DNA of 64,000 nt from Nemertoderma westbladi (lineage: Eukaryota > Animalia > Xenacoelomorpha), in contig JAUCBJ010003239.1 of the NCBI GenBank assembly GCA_032718475.1, positions 46,859-110,858 of the forward strand, given 5' to 3'. Position numbers and translations under genes: made by a program. Positions 24,101-33,548 of the stretch are shown piece after piece (the stretch's first letter is position 1; every line of letters starts with the position of its first letter). The notes beneath the pieces are model-generated. The model ran no database searches. It was given only the letters and a program-made list of their open reading frames with translations, and was not told the DNA's origin.

Positions 24101-25769
24101 TCAGAAACCCACAGCCACAAATAAACTTGTTGTGGAAATCCGTGAGAAGGATTGGAAATCTGGAATACCAGACGTCTCGCAAGGACTCTCACCTCTCCTG
24201 CAGAGAGCGATACATCACTACAGTTCCTGGAATCGGCTCTGTAAGGCCGTTACATATTTAAAAAGATGTTTTCACCATCACTACTCCGGGATGAAGACCA
24301 AAAGTGATACCGCTCCACTAACATCGGTGCAGGTCCATGTCGTTAAAGATCTTCCCAAATATAAGATATCCGACAGGTTTCTGAAGGAGAAGATCAGTTA
24401 TCAGGAGCATGAAGAAACCAACAAGCAGATGCTGAGACTCCTGCAATGCTATGAGGATTCCGATAAGTATTTCCTGTTGTTGAGAAATCTGCAGATGCGC
24501 TTAAGGGATCGTTTCTCTAGCACAATGATAGATGGGTTGATACGTGTTGGAGGAAGATTAACGAATGCTCCATTATCCTTTGACACTAAGTTTCCCATAC
24601 TCATTAGAAATCTTGAAATACAAGTCAAGATGATTGTAGACGTTCACAGCAAACTTTATCATGCTGGTAGAGAACGAGTTCTTAGCGAAATTCGAACTCG
24701 CTATTATTTTTATAAACCCCGTTGAGCTCTGAACCAAGTTCTTAGGAACTGCATACCCTGTAGGAAAGCATTCAGTAGGCCTTTAACACAGCGAGAGGCA
24801 GAATTACCTAGGGAACGAGTAAGCTTCTATGAACCACCCTTTACTAATACCGGCGTAGATTTATTTGGCCCTATTGAAGTATATCGTGCTAGGACTATAG
24901 TCAAGAGATGGTGTGTCATCTTTGTTTGTATGACTTGTAGAGCTATCCATCTCGACATGGTGAACGATTTATCTACCAACAGCTTTCTATTAAGCTTACG
25001 ACGACAGATCGCTCGCTTTGGCACTAGTAACACGATGAGATCTGATAAGGGAACAAACTTCATTGGTGCCAACAATGAAATCAAAGCTTACGTCAAAGAT
25101 TGGAACCAAAGACAGGTGGACGATCAGCTACGAGTAACAGCATCTAGCTGGACCTTCAACGCCGCTGACGCCCCTTGGTGGGGAGGAAGTTGGGAGAGAT
25201 TAATAAGAAGTGTGAAGACCGCATTTCACTTTATAGTGCCTTGCCCGATTCCCGATTCCCTGGAAGCGCTAACACCCGCGCACTTCCTACTGAAGAAACC
25301 TGTAGCCATGCTCCCACAATCGGAAATCACAGACGGAGACGAATACTGCCGGCAAACTTGGCAACTCATGCAGTTGTTATCCCGTCATTTCGCTGACCAT
25401 TTCGAAAAACATTATCTGCCCACGCTACAACTTCGAACTAAGTGGTTTGCGCAGCAAGAAAACGTCAGCGCTGGAGACATGGTTCTTATTGTGGATGTAG
25501 ATCTTCCACGTAAGCGGTGGCAGACAGGTCGTATCATCGAGACTCACATCTCGGATGACGGTTTGGTGCGATCGGTAGAACTCGTCGTCATGCGACGTAA
25601 CTTCAAGAAACCGGGAATTGTCTTCGAGACACAGCAGCTCAATCGCCCAGTTGGTCGCTTATGTTTACTGGAAAGAGACAGAGAACTCTCCGGAAACTAT
25701 GGAAGGCAAGATACTCTTCCCACGACCACCTCCCTAATCCAACAAACATCTAGGGACTCCCCAACTTAA
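21179..25769 (+). pseudogene. B pol remnant (protease, RT, RNase H, integrase)
   Basis: LLDSGS, VRVVFDGS, IYMDD, HVFGDAS, NPADIASRG, GVDLFGP, SDKGTNF, GSWERL. Lesions: TAA at 22108, frameshift near 23357, TGA at 24723, and an in-frame deletion of about 25 aa near 25240 relative to E. Confidence 0.93.
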
Positions 25770-26315
25770 CAACGGCTGGAGTGGGTGTATGACTATATTT
25801 GTATTTGTTTTTATTCTTTTATATTTATGTATATATTATTATGTAATTTTATTATAATCGTTTTCTTTAATTTTATTTAGTAGAATGTTATTTTAGCGAT
25901 TATTTAGTAGATTAGTGCAATATATATTCGCGTTTATTACTTAATTACTTATATATTATATATTTAGTGCGACGGCGAGAAATAATTCTTTTTCTCTTTC
26001 CTTGTCCGTATTACATTACAAATACATAATTACAGTAAGATGACATATCCGTACTTACTAAAGTACAATAAAGCTCCTACTATATTTAAGTATTATTGGT
26101 AAGCAGAGTATTAGGAATGCAAAATTCAGATCCTCGTGTCTCGGCTAAACCAAGCTCTGGGTAGACCTTGGAAACGACTTGCCTCTTCCCACTGAGATTG
26201 CTTCGTGCGATATTGCTCTCATACCGTATATTAAATAATACATTTAGTAGCGTGATGTCCTTTTAACAGTAGCGTATAATGCAAAATAAATCTGTTAAAC
26301 CCTTTGACCATCTGT

Positions 26316-26580
26316 AATTCTAGTCGATTAAGATATCGCGGCACCCACCGATATACTTGAAAGACAAATTCTAGAATCAGTGGTTAACGTCCCCAGACAA
26401 GTTCTGGAATAAACTGGTGCCCATCCTAAATATTAATTATTAATATTTACCAAATATGTCAAATTTTAGATCCTTTAAATTTCTAGTCGATTAAGATATC
26501 GTAGCACTTACCGATACTCTTAAAAAAGACAAAATTCCTAGAATCAAGGATCCCAGTCCCCAGACATGTTCTGGAATAAA
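26316..26580. repeat. About 100-bp direct repeat (two copies) in the pol-ORF2 spacer, also present in A at about 7730-7985
   Basis: TTCTAGTCGATTAAGATATCG...CCCCAGACAWGTTCTGGAATAAA occurs twice. Confidence 0.85.
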
Positions 26581-27317
26581 ATTGTGTCTATTTAATATTA
26601 AATAATAAAATTTACGGGAATAAATTTAAAATTCATATTTTAATGAATTTAATAAATTGTCATTTTTATACAATTTATAACATTCCCAAAATTCCTTTAA
26701 TTAATAGATCATGGGAGCGGAGATTCACTCTATTAAGTGTATTAGTGTACGAGAATCTCCAATATATAGTCAATAGCCGATAAAATTCATAAAATCATGT
26801 ATAGAGAGGATATTGACCATTAAAGAATTACTATTAAATAGCATCCCAGATCTGTATGCATGAGAATTACCCTACTTCTACCGCTAGCTTTCCATAATGT
26901 CACCATGGCAACAACCACGCTAGAATTAGAAGTGAGTTAAAAGAACAATAGAAAGCTTGTCCCATTGAATAGCATAGGGAATAAATAGCGCACTGCTAGC
27001 ATCCAAGGATACATAATAAATAAAGTGACATTCTGGAAGGCACTGACTAACGGACAAATGGCCCGAATGTGTACAGTTTGTGACAGTTGTGTTGAATTTG
27101 TGCGTTCATAGGTGAATGTTACTGCTAAAGTGTGTTTACAGTAGCTAGTCGCAATTGTGAAAGTAGCCCTAACTCTCCAGAGTTGGCGAAAGCACAGCGA
27201 CGACGGTACATCGGCGCTGAGGATCTTGCACTGTCCGGGGGCAAAAGAGGGGTAGGCAGCAACGCCCGCTAGCCTAATATATAAACTCATTATAATATTG
27301 ATAAACTCATAGCAGAT

Positions 27318-30300
27318 ATGACTGAGTTGATAGAAGATGATCTTAGTATCAGGGAGCGATATACTCTACCTTTACAAGCGTTTGTCGATAGCTTGATACG
27401 CGGCGACACTGGTCCAACTACTACGGAGGATGATGGTCGTTATATCGAACCGCCAATGTCCCCGGAGCAACTTACGCGTGAATTGGATTATAGAAAGTTC
27501 ACCGCTCGCTATACGCATCGTAATGGTACGTATATGGACTTCTTAACTACCGGCCATCCTATCAATTTACACGATACGGACGATGTAGATACCGAAAGGG
27601 AAATGGTTTTATTTAAATATCATACCCAGCGGAGTCGGAACGATAAACTGAGAATAGAACACGAGAACTCTATTCGAAACAGACTCGAAAGGGAAGACGT
27701 TGAAGAGCCGGATAAACGCAGCGACTTCAGCAATTATCTGGAATTCTTGAGAGAGACATACCTCAATATTGCCAGTCAACAAAATCTCGAAATTCGATAT
27801 CCTCAAGGTATACATCATGATCCTATGATAGAACTCAAACGACTCTATTTCACTATGATGTATCTTACCGCCGATCGACCGCTACCTGTCGTCCCAGATA
27901 GCTTTGAACAGATGGAGGAATATTGTAAAACTGGAGAACGATCACCCGCGTTTCCCCTGCAGGACGTGCGTCTTTGGTATTACTTCGACAAATGCCCTAG
28001 ACCCAATCAGCAAACGGAAAGACATAAACATCCGCGGAGACGTTGCGCTAAACACAGTTTTACACGATATACTTATGGGAGTTTCGAGCGAAACCTGTTC
28101 GACGTATCCCCTATGGTCGCTCGACTCAAACGATCCTTGAACAAACCAATGATCAGAGTTCCGGAATACTCGGTCAGACCTCCTCATTCCTCAGTTAGAC
28201 CTCAGACTCTTGATCCTAATAGTATCACGGATCCTCCCGAACTGTACTCACTGTTCAAAGATCTAGTGTTACCCGAACAGTTGATCGGTGGCACTCCAGT
28301 AGTAGGCTCACTAGATATTCGCCAACCCTACCTAGCTGGATTGGGACGCGGTCATCTAATATCGCCGTTTAACCCATACAACCGTCCCGGCTTCACCTCG
28401 ATCCAACCCATTACGGAAGTCGAAGAGAGCATCGTACGAAACGTGTTAGACGCTATTCGGCAGAAAATCGGAAAGGGAACTTACGATTGTTTGGAGAAAC
28501 GTAAATTGCAACAACAAGTCCAAGCGGTGAAAGAATTAGCTTTACCCCAGTTCGATAGAGAAATACAAAATCTCGAGGAGGACATCGAACGTGGACGAAC
28601 CTACTCTTTACAAGAGTTCCTAGATGAGCGTCTACAACAACAAGCGGAGGAAAATCAGCTCGAGGAGAGACATATAGAACTGGATGAGAGAGAAGAAGCA
28701 GCTTTAGCTCAACCCGAAGCTCAAATCCTTATGACGGATCTCTACTCTAAAACCATCCTTCATCCCTCGATGGTTCCCCATTTCGGAGACAAACTATTTG
28801 CGACGGTACAACCCCAACCGGTTGATATCAACCTAAGATGTCGAGATCTTATCGCTGACGCTCCCATGTTGCAACGTCCGCCCATCGAAGCCGCTCATGT
28901 CGATGGTATACTCATTGAACCTCCGGACAATAGAGCGGATCTTGTCCGTCGCATGGTACACGATGTAAACATACGCGCTAGACCTTTACCGGACTCGTTT
29001 TATGGGATCAAAGATCACCCTTATTACGTCAATCTAACACAATATTACATGGTAAAACCGGAAGATCCTACACATAGTCTGAGGTTTCTACCACTAATAA
29101 ATCCTCTCGATCTTGTCGAACTCGAACAACTGCAGAAACATCTGGATCAGTTAGTTAAAGTAAACTCATTTCGAAAACCATATAATGTTTCAAGAATAGA
29201 GAAAGAAACAATACCTCCGTATAATCTTGATGGATTCATCAAAACTCGTTTAGTACACTGGAATCTTGACGTGTTATTCGAGGAGGAAAGAATACAACGA
29301 TATGGAGATGTGGAAACATATACCACACAATATTTAAAGTATAGAGACCTACCTAATGCTAGCGAATGCGCTACCTTGTGGCATCCTGTGGGAATGACCC
29401 TCGAAAACGCCACTAAAGAGTGGAACGAAACTCTAAACTTTATCGAGATGTATGGAGTTGTCACTTACGATAACGAAGGTAGCGTTCCTGTTGGAGAACT
29501 GGGAACTACGCGGATGATACACATACGAGGACTTGCTGGTTCTACCCACGTATTTACTCGAGCGTGTTCCGATGTGATTGATTATTCTTTTGAAACTCTT
29601 ACTGAGACACAAAAGAAACTCCGACATGGACAATTCGAACTCGCGCAGCGTTACGTCACCGACACCGAGCGCAAACCGGCCATGGGTATCGATGGATCGA
29701 TGTTACCCCAGCCCGTGCTCGAGATGTTGTTTAACGAAAGAATCCTTAAAATCGGCTCAGCTGTTTATGGAGACCTACAAAACGACTTTCGGAATATGGA
29801 GAACATTCCATACCCTTTCGTTGATACTCAGCTGATTGCTCCCTGGGCAGAAGGCCGAGGTTTCTTCCGCACTATGTATGCCAATACATCCAGCGGCATT
29901 ACTAAAGTACAACGAACCTCCATCGGATATCTTGCCTTTCAAGAATACGGATGGAATTTCAAGGTTGGAAATCCTATCAATTTCCAACAAGTATATGGAG
30001 ATCATTATTCTCGTTTATACTTTGATGGACCATTGACCGCACCTGGCGCCGTGTATAGCTTTATGAGTGTTCCACTTCGTCCCTCCTTAGCTATATACAC
30101 GATCTTTGAAAACGCAGCACTTGCCGGTTGGCTAGCCGATGTGTGCAGTCGTACCATACGCGCCCATCCCTTAATACTTGGAACCAAACTCGCCAAGTTA
30201 GATGAACACAATAAATTCATCCGCTTCGAATGTTTCAGGCGCTTTCTGACTCCGTTCCGTAACGTTGATAGTCAGTTCAAGGACCGCGCTCTGACCAAAC

Positions 30301-31229
30301 TCAGCCTAAGAGACTCAGCTGCGGAGAAGCTAAACAGCGCGGGATTTGCCCTCTTTCAGGACGTTTGTATACAGAACTTACATTCATCTGTTATACAAAG
30401 ACCCCGAATACCCACGGGTTATTCTGTCGTGGAAGTTCAGACAGTGGGTCCGCTTGCGGAGACAGCCGCACCTACCTCAGCTATGCAATTGGAAGATGAA
30501 CCAATCTGCTTAGAGTCTGAAGCGATCCAGCCTACAGCGCCCCGGAGCAGCGATAACGATTACGTCTTGGAGTGGTATCAAGGTCCACAATGTCTCACCG
30601 CATACGATTATCGACACGCCAACTATGTTTCTCGAAAACGTTGTCGATTATGCGCATCGAGAGACCATTTCACCCCTATGGACTCAGACGTACCCTGCTC
30701 CTATTTCCACGAACAGCCGATGATGGAGATCTATTGTGCGTATTGCAGACTTAATAACTCGCATATTTTTGCAGTCTGCCCCCAATTTATGACCCAATGC
30801 CACCACTGTCAACTTAAAGGACAAGCCAGTTATAATTGCCCCTTTAACAGCGATTTAGAAAGCGTAGATGAGATGATTACCCTGCGCTACATCCGAGCTT
30901 GGGAAGCGAACGCGGATTTACATTGTGAGTCCCGCCATCGCTACTATCCTGGACGCTCTTACGAGGGAGTTTACGCGTTCCATCCTTATCTATTCGCGTC
31001 TGTGGAACAAAAAACACGCACACCGAGTTACGAACTAATGAAGCGTGTTGGTGAGTGTATTTCCACCAAATTTGTTCGAAAATATCTTAGGAACGTCAAT
31101 CCTAATGATATTACTTCATACCATTTGATCAATTTCATCCGTCAAGACCCTGAGAATGGCGATTTATTTATCAACTCGCACCCTGAGTTACAGGAAGTAT
31201 CTCGACGGCCCTACGAATATCGAGCCTGA
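27318..31229 (+). CDS. B ORF2: unknown N-terminal region, DEDDy-like 3'-5' exonuclease domain, three zinc knuckles; the frame stays open past the TGA to 31571
   Basis: VVTYDNEG (ExoI), LPQPVLEMLFNERILKIGSAVYGDL (ExoII), FVDTQL, PLRPSLAIYTIFE (ExoIII-like); CRLC..H..C, CAYC..H..C, CHHC....C. Colinear with the E ORF2. Confidence 0.8.
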   Translation: MTELIEDDLSIRERYTLPLQAFVDSLIRGDTGPTTTEDDGRYIEPPMSPEQLTRELDYRKFTARYTHRNGTYMDFLTTGHPINLHDTDDVDTEREMVLFKYHTQRSRNDKLRIEHENSIRNRLEREDVEEPDKRSDFSNYLEFLRETYLNIASQQNLEIRYPQGIHHDPMIELKRLYFTMMYLTADRPLPVVPDSFEQMEEYCKTGERSPAFPLQDVRLWYYFDKCPRPNQQTERHKHPRRRCAKHSFTRYTYGSFERNLFDVSPMVARLKRSLNKPMIRVPEYSVRPPHSSVRPQTLDPNSITDPPELYSLFKDLVLPEQLIGGTPVVGSLDIRQPYLAGLGRGHLISPFNPYNRPGFTSIQPITEVEESIVRNVLDAIRQKIGKGTYDCLEKRKLQQQVQAVKELALPQFDREIQNLEEDIERGRTYSLQEFLDERLQQQAEENQLEERHIELDEREEAALAQPEAQILMTDLYSKTILHPSMVPHFGDKLFATVQPQPVDINLRCRDLIADAPMLQRPPIEAAHVDGILIEPPDNRADLVRRMVHDVNIRARPLPDSFYGIKDHPYYVNLTQYYMVKPEDPTHSLRFLPLINPLDLVELEQLQKHLDQLVKVNSFRKPYNVSRIEKETIPPYNLDGFIKTRLVHWNLDVLFEEERIQRYGDVETYTTQYLKYRDLPNASECATLWHPVGMTLENATKEWNETLNFIEMYGVVTYDNEGSVPVGELGTTRMIHIRGLAGSTHVFTRACSDVIDYSFETLTETQKKLRHGQFELAQRYVTDTERKPAMGIDGSMLPQPVLEMLFNERILKIGSAVYGDLQNDFRNMENIPYPFVDTQLIAPWAEGRGFFRTMYANTSSGITKVQRTSIGYLAFQEYGWNFKVGNPINFQQVYGDHYSRLYFDGPLTAPGAVYSFMSVPLRPSLAIYTIFENAALAGWLADVCSRTIRAHPLILGTKLAKLDEHNKFIRFECFRRFLTPFRNVDSQFKDRALTKLSLRDSAAEKLNSAGFALFQDVCIQNLHSSVIQRPRIPTGYSVVEVQTVGPLAETAAPTSAMQLEDEPICLESEAIQPTAPRSSDNDYVLEWYQGPQCLTAYDYRHANYVSRKRCRLCASRDHFTPMDSDVPCSYFHEQPMMEIYCAYCRLNNSHIFAVCPQFMTQCHHCQLKGQASYNCPFNSDLESVDEMITLRYIRAWEANADLHCESRHRYYPGRSYEGVYAFHPYLFASVEQKTRTPSYELMKRVGECISTKFVRKYLRNVNPNDITSYHLINFIRQDPENGDLFINSHPELQEVSRRPYEYRA

Positions 31230-31649
31230 GAACGCGAGCTGGAAAGAACCATTAAACCAAGGAAGTTTCTCACCACTCACGGTCCGCCTACCGCCATTGT
31301 CCAGACGACCCGTCAAGGACCCGTAGGAGCTGCTGTCCTAAGACGCGCCCTAAAGGCCATTAGACCTCGCTCCACTGAAGTTGATATTGATCAACCAGGT
31401 ACCTCGACCGGTGGATACACCAATCGTAATCCTAAACCTTCTGATGCAATTGTATTGCACACTTCACCCAGGAGTTACAGCCCTCCTAGTAAAGTGGCTC
31501 GCCCCAAAGAGAAAAGGACTCTTGCTAGCCTCAAAAAACTGCATAAACACCGTCCGCGTAAGAAAGACTAACTGTTTAGAGTATTTTTATATTTTAGAAA
31601 CTGTGATTTGTTATATTTTATAGACTTAAATCCCATTTTCTGGGAGCAG

Positions 31650-33548
31650 TGTAAAGGCTTTTGCGGAATTAGCCGGTTATTTTCCCCGTAAAGTACTCTG
31701 TAGTTGGTTTAACAGGCATAAAAGGCCGTGTCCTTACTGTACTGGTGTTTTAGATGACATAAAAGCCATTTCTTCTGTATGTGTACTTTAGCGGACATAA
31801 TTAGCAATTCTATGACGCAATACGCCAGATCCTCTTGAAACAGTGTAGCTACCATGACGACGGCTAACAGCTGATGCTGTACACGTGGAGCTTTTTCTTT
31901 GTTCTCTGTTCCTTCTTTGTTCGGTCGACCAATCAGAGCGTTTTTTGCCTCTGCGTTAGAGATTGTATATAGAAACTCGTGGAGTTGAGTCAGTATGTGA
32001 TTTTGTCCACAGCCTAGAACACCGGCTTTGGAACCTCCGTGTTTCAGTCTTTAGCCCAACATTAGTAGGCTTAATTATAGAACGTATATCTGTTATCATA
32101 ACGTAACTTAAGGGGGGGGTACACCATTTTCGGACAACTCTTCGATTTATCACTCTCAGCATTTCAAAATTGTTTGGTTTTGGCTAGAATTTGGAATATA
32201 AGTGCCTAAGATGCTATTCTACATGACAGGTTTGAAAATTTTTATTTTTTGCTATTTAATATTAGTTAATACTAGTTAACAACAAAAAAAACTTGGTTGC
32301 GCTTAAAACCCTAAGGCTTTTACAGTTTTGAACCTAATCACATGAAAGTTTTTTTATATGATAGATCAAAGATGGGGCAACATAACTATCAGGCGAAATT
32401 TTCTGAAAATAATTCTGCACCGCTAGGTGGCGCTGCAAATTTATGCCTAATTTTTAGGTTTGTTATAAATAGAATTAAATTTTATTAACAAATAATTTCG
32501 AAAAGTTGTCTGATACTTTTATGCAGGGTGGCTATGTAGACACCCACAGAAAGTTTCAGACTAATTGCTCAAAAATTGTAGAAGTAGTAGGGTTTTGAAG
32601 TTGACAATTTCATAAAAAAAATATTTTGAGATAATCGACCTTTCATTATATATAGTAATAGTAATTTCAATAGGAATCCCTAAATGGAAATTGTTATAAC
32701 TTAAAAACTAAAAGAGCTATTAAATAGCGGTTTTCAGATTTGGAAACACCATTCAATGGTGCATTATAATATATCATAAAAAAAATTTCGACATATTTTG
32801 GACCAAAATGGTGTACCCCCCCCCCCCCCCTTAACGAACCATAACATACAAACTAATCATATTGTCAACTACAAACACCGCATTTTTACTGCTATTTACT
32901 GTCGGTTATTCATTATATTTGTTGATGGAATATTATATTTGGAATACTGATAAATAATCAGACACCCCAATCTTCTTGATATACTAAAGGTTAGAGAGAC
33001 CGGTTACATATAACGATTGCGACTTACATTAAGTGGTTTGAAGTGAATCTAATGCTATTTCATAGGCCCTACATGTATTGTCTGTTGTTCTCTTTATATG
33101 TGACTAAAATTAGTGAAGGTCGGCAGATTAGTGTGCAGCATTGTGCAGTATTGTGTATGATTGTGACTGATAACAAAGCATCTCCTAAAGAATGCGCCAT
33201 ATACGTGAATCTATAGCCATCCCGTTGTGTTTAGTTTAAGTCATAACTCTGTTTACATATTTAGAGCGCCACGTCCTAAAGGAACTGTTAATATTTCCCG
33301 AAAGTGAATAATATTTGTCAGAGATTATATATTACGATCAGTCGAATAATACAGTAGGCCTACCCCGCAATACGGTTAGGCTTCCGAATCCAGTCTCCCG
33401 GGTATATCCAGCGGGTGAATGATCGCGCATAGACTGGCTTCGGCTAATGTAGTGTATCAAATACTTGTCATAGGCTAAAGACGATCTATCATCTAAAAGA
33501 CATCCCAATTTGGCAGGTTAAACTGCTAAAGGTCTGAAAGCGCAAACA
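31650..33548 (+). repeat. B 3' LTR (about 1176 bp without the MITE)
   Basis: TGTAAAGGC...GCAAACA; homologous to the A and C LTRs. Confidence 0.88.
32112..32830. mobile_element. Non-autonomous DNA transposon (MITE), Kolobok-type, 719 bp
   Basis: TIRs GGGGGGGGTACACCATTTT / AAAATGGTGTACCCCCCCC, TTAA TSD at 32108-32111 and 32831-32834, absent from the A and C LTRs. GG..CC termini with a TTAA TSD fit Kolobok. Confidence 0.85.

Larger units (their letters stand above)
21179..33548 (+). mobile_element. Bel/Pao element B (3' portion: PR-RT-RH-IN, spacer, ORF2, 3' LTR); 5' part lies left of the window
   Basis: Continuous pol, 1.55-kb spacer, ORF2, PPT-like TGGGAGCAG, then an LTR ending GCAAACA directly against D coding sequence. 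Confidence 0.9.

Noticed and set aside
1-27180. Large inverted segmental duplication or misassembly
   Set aside because: The inverted homology is explained by A inserting antisense into same-family B. The junction falls exactly at an LTR terminus (21178) and the copies are diverged.
27318-31229. ORF2 as an envelope glycoprotein
   Set aside because: No signal peptide or transmembrane stretch is visible in either copy. The motifs point to an exonuclease fold and zinc knuckles.
32112-32830. piggyBac MITE
   Set aside because: The TTAA TSD fits, but piggyBac termini are CC..GG and these are GG..CC.
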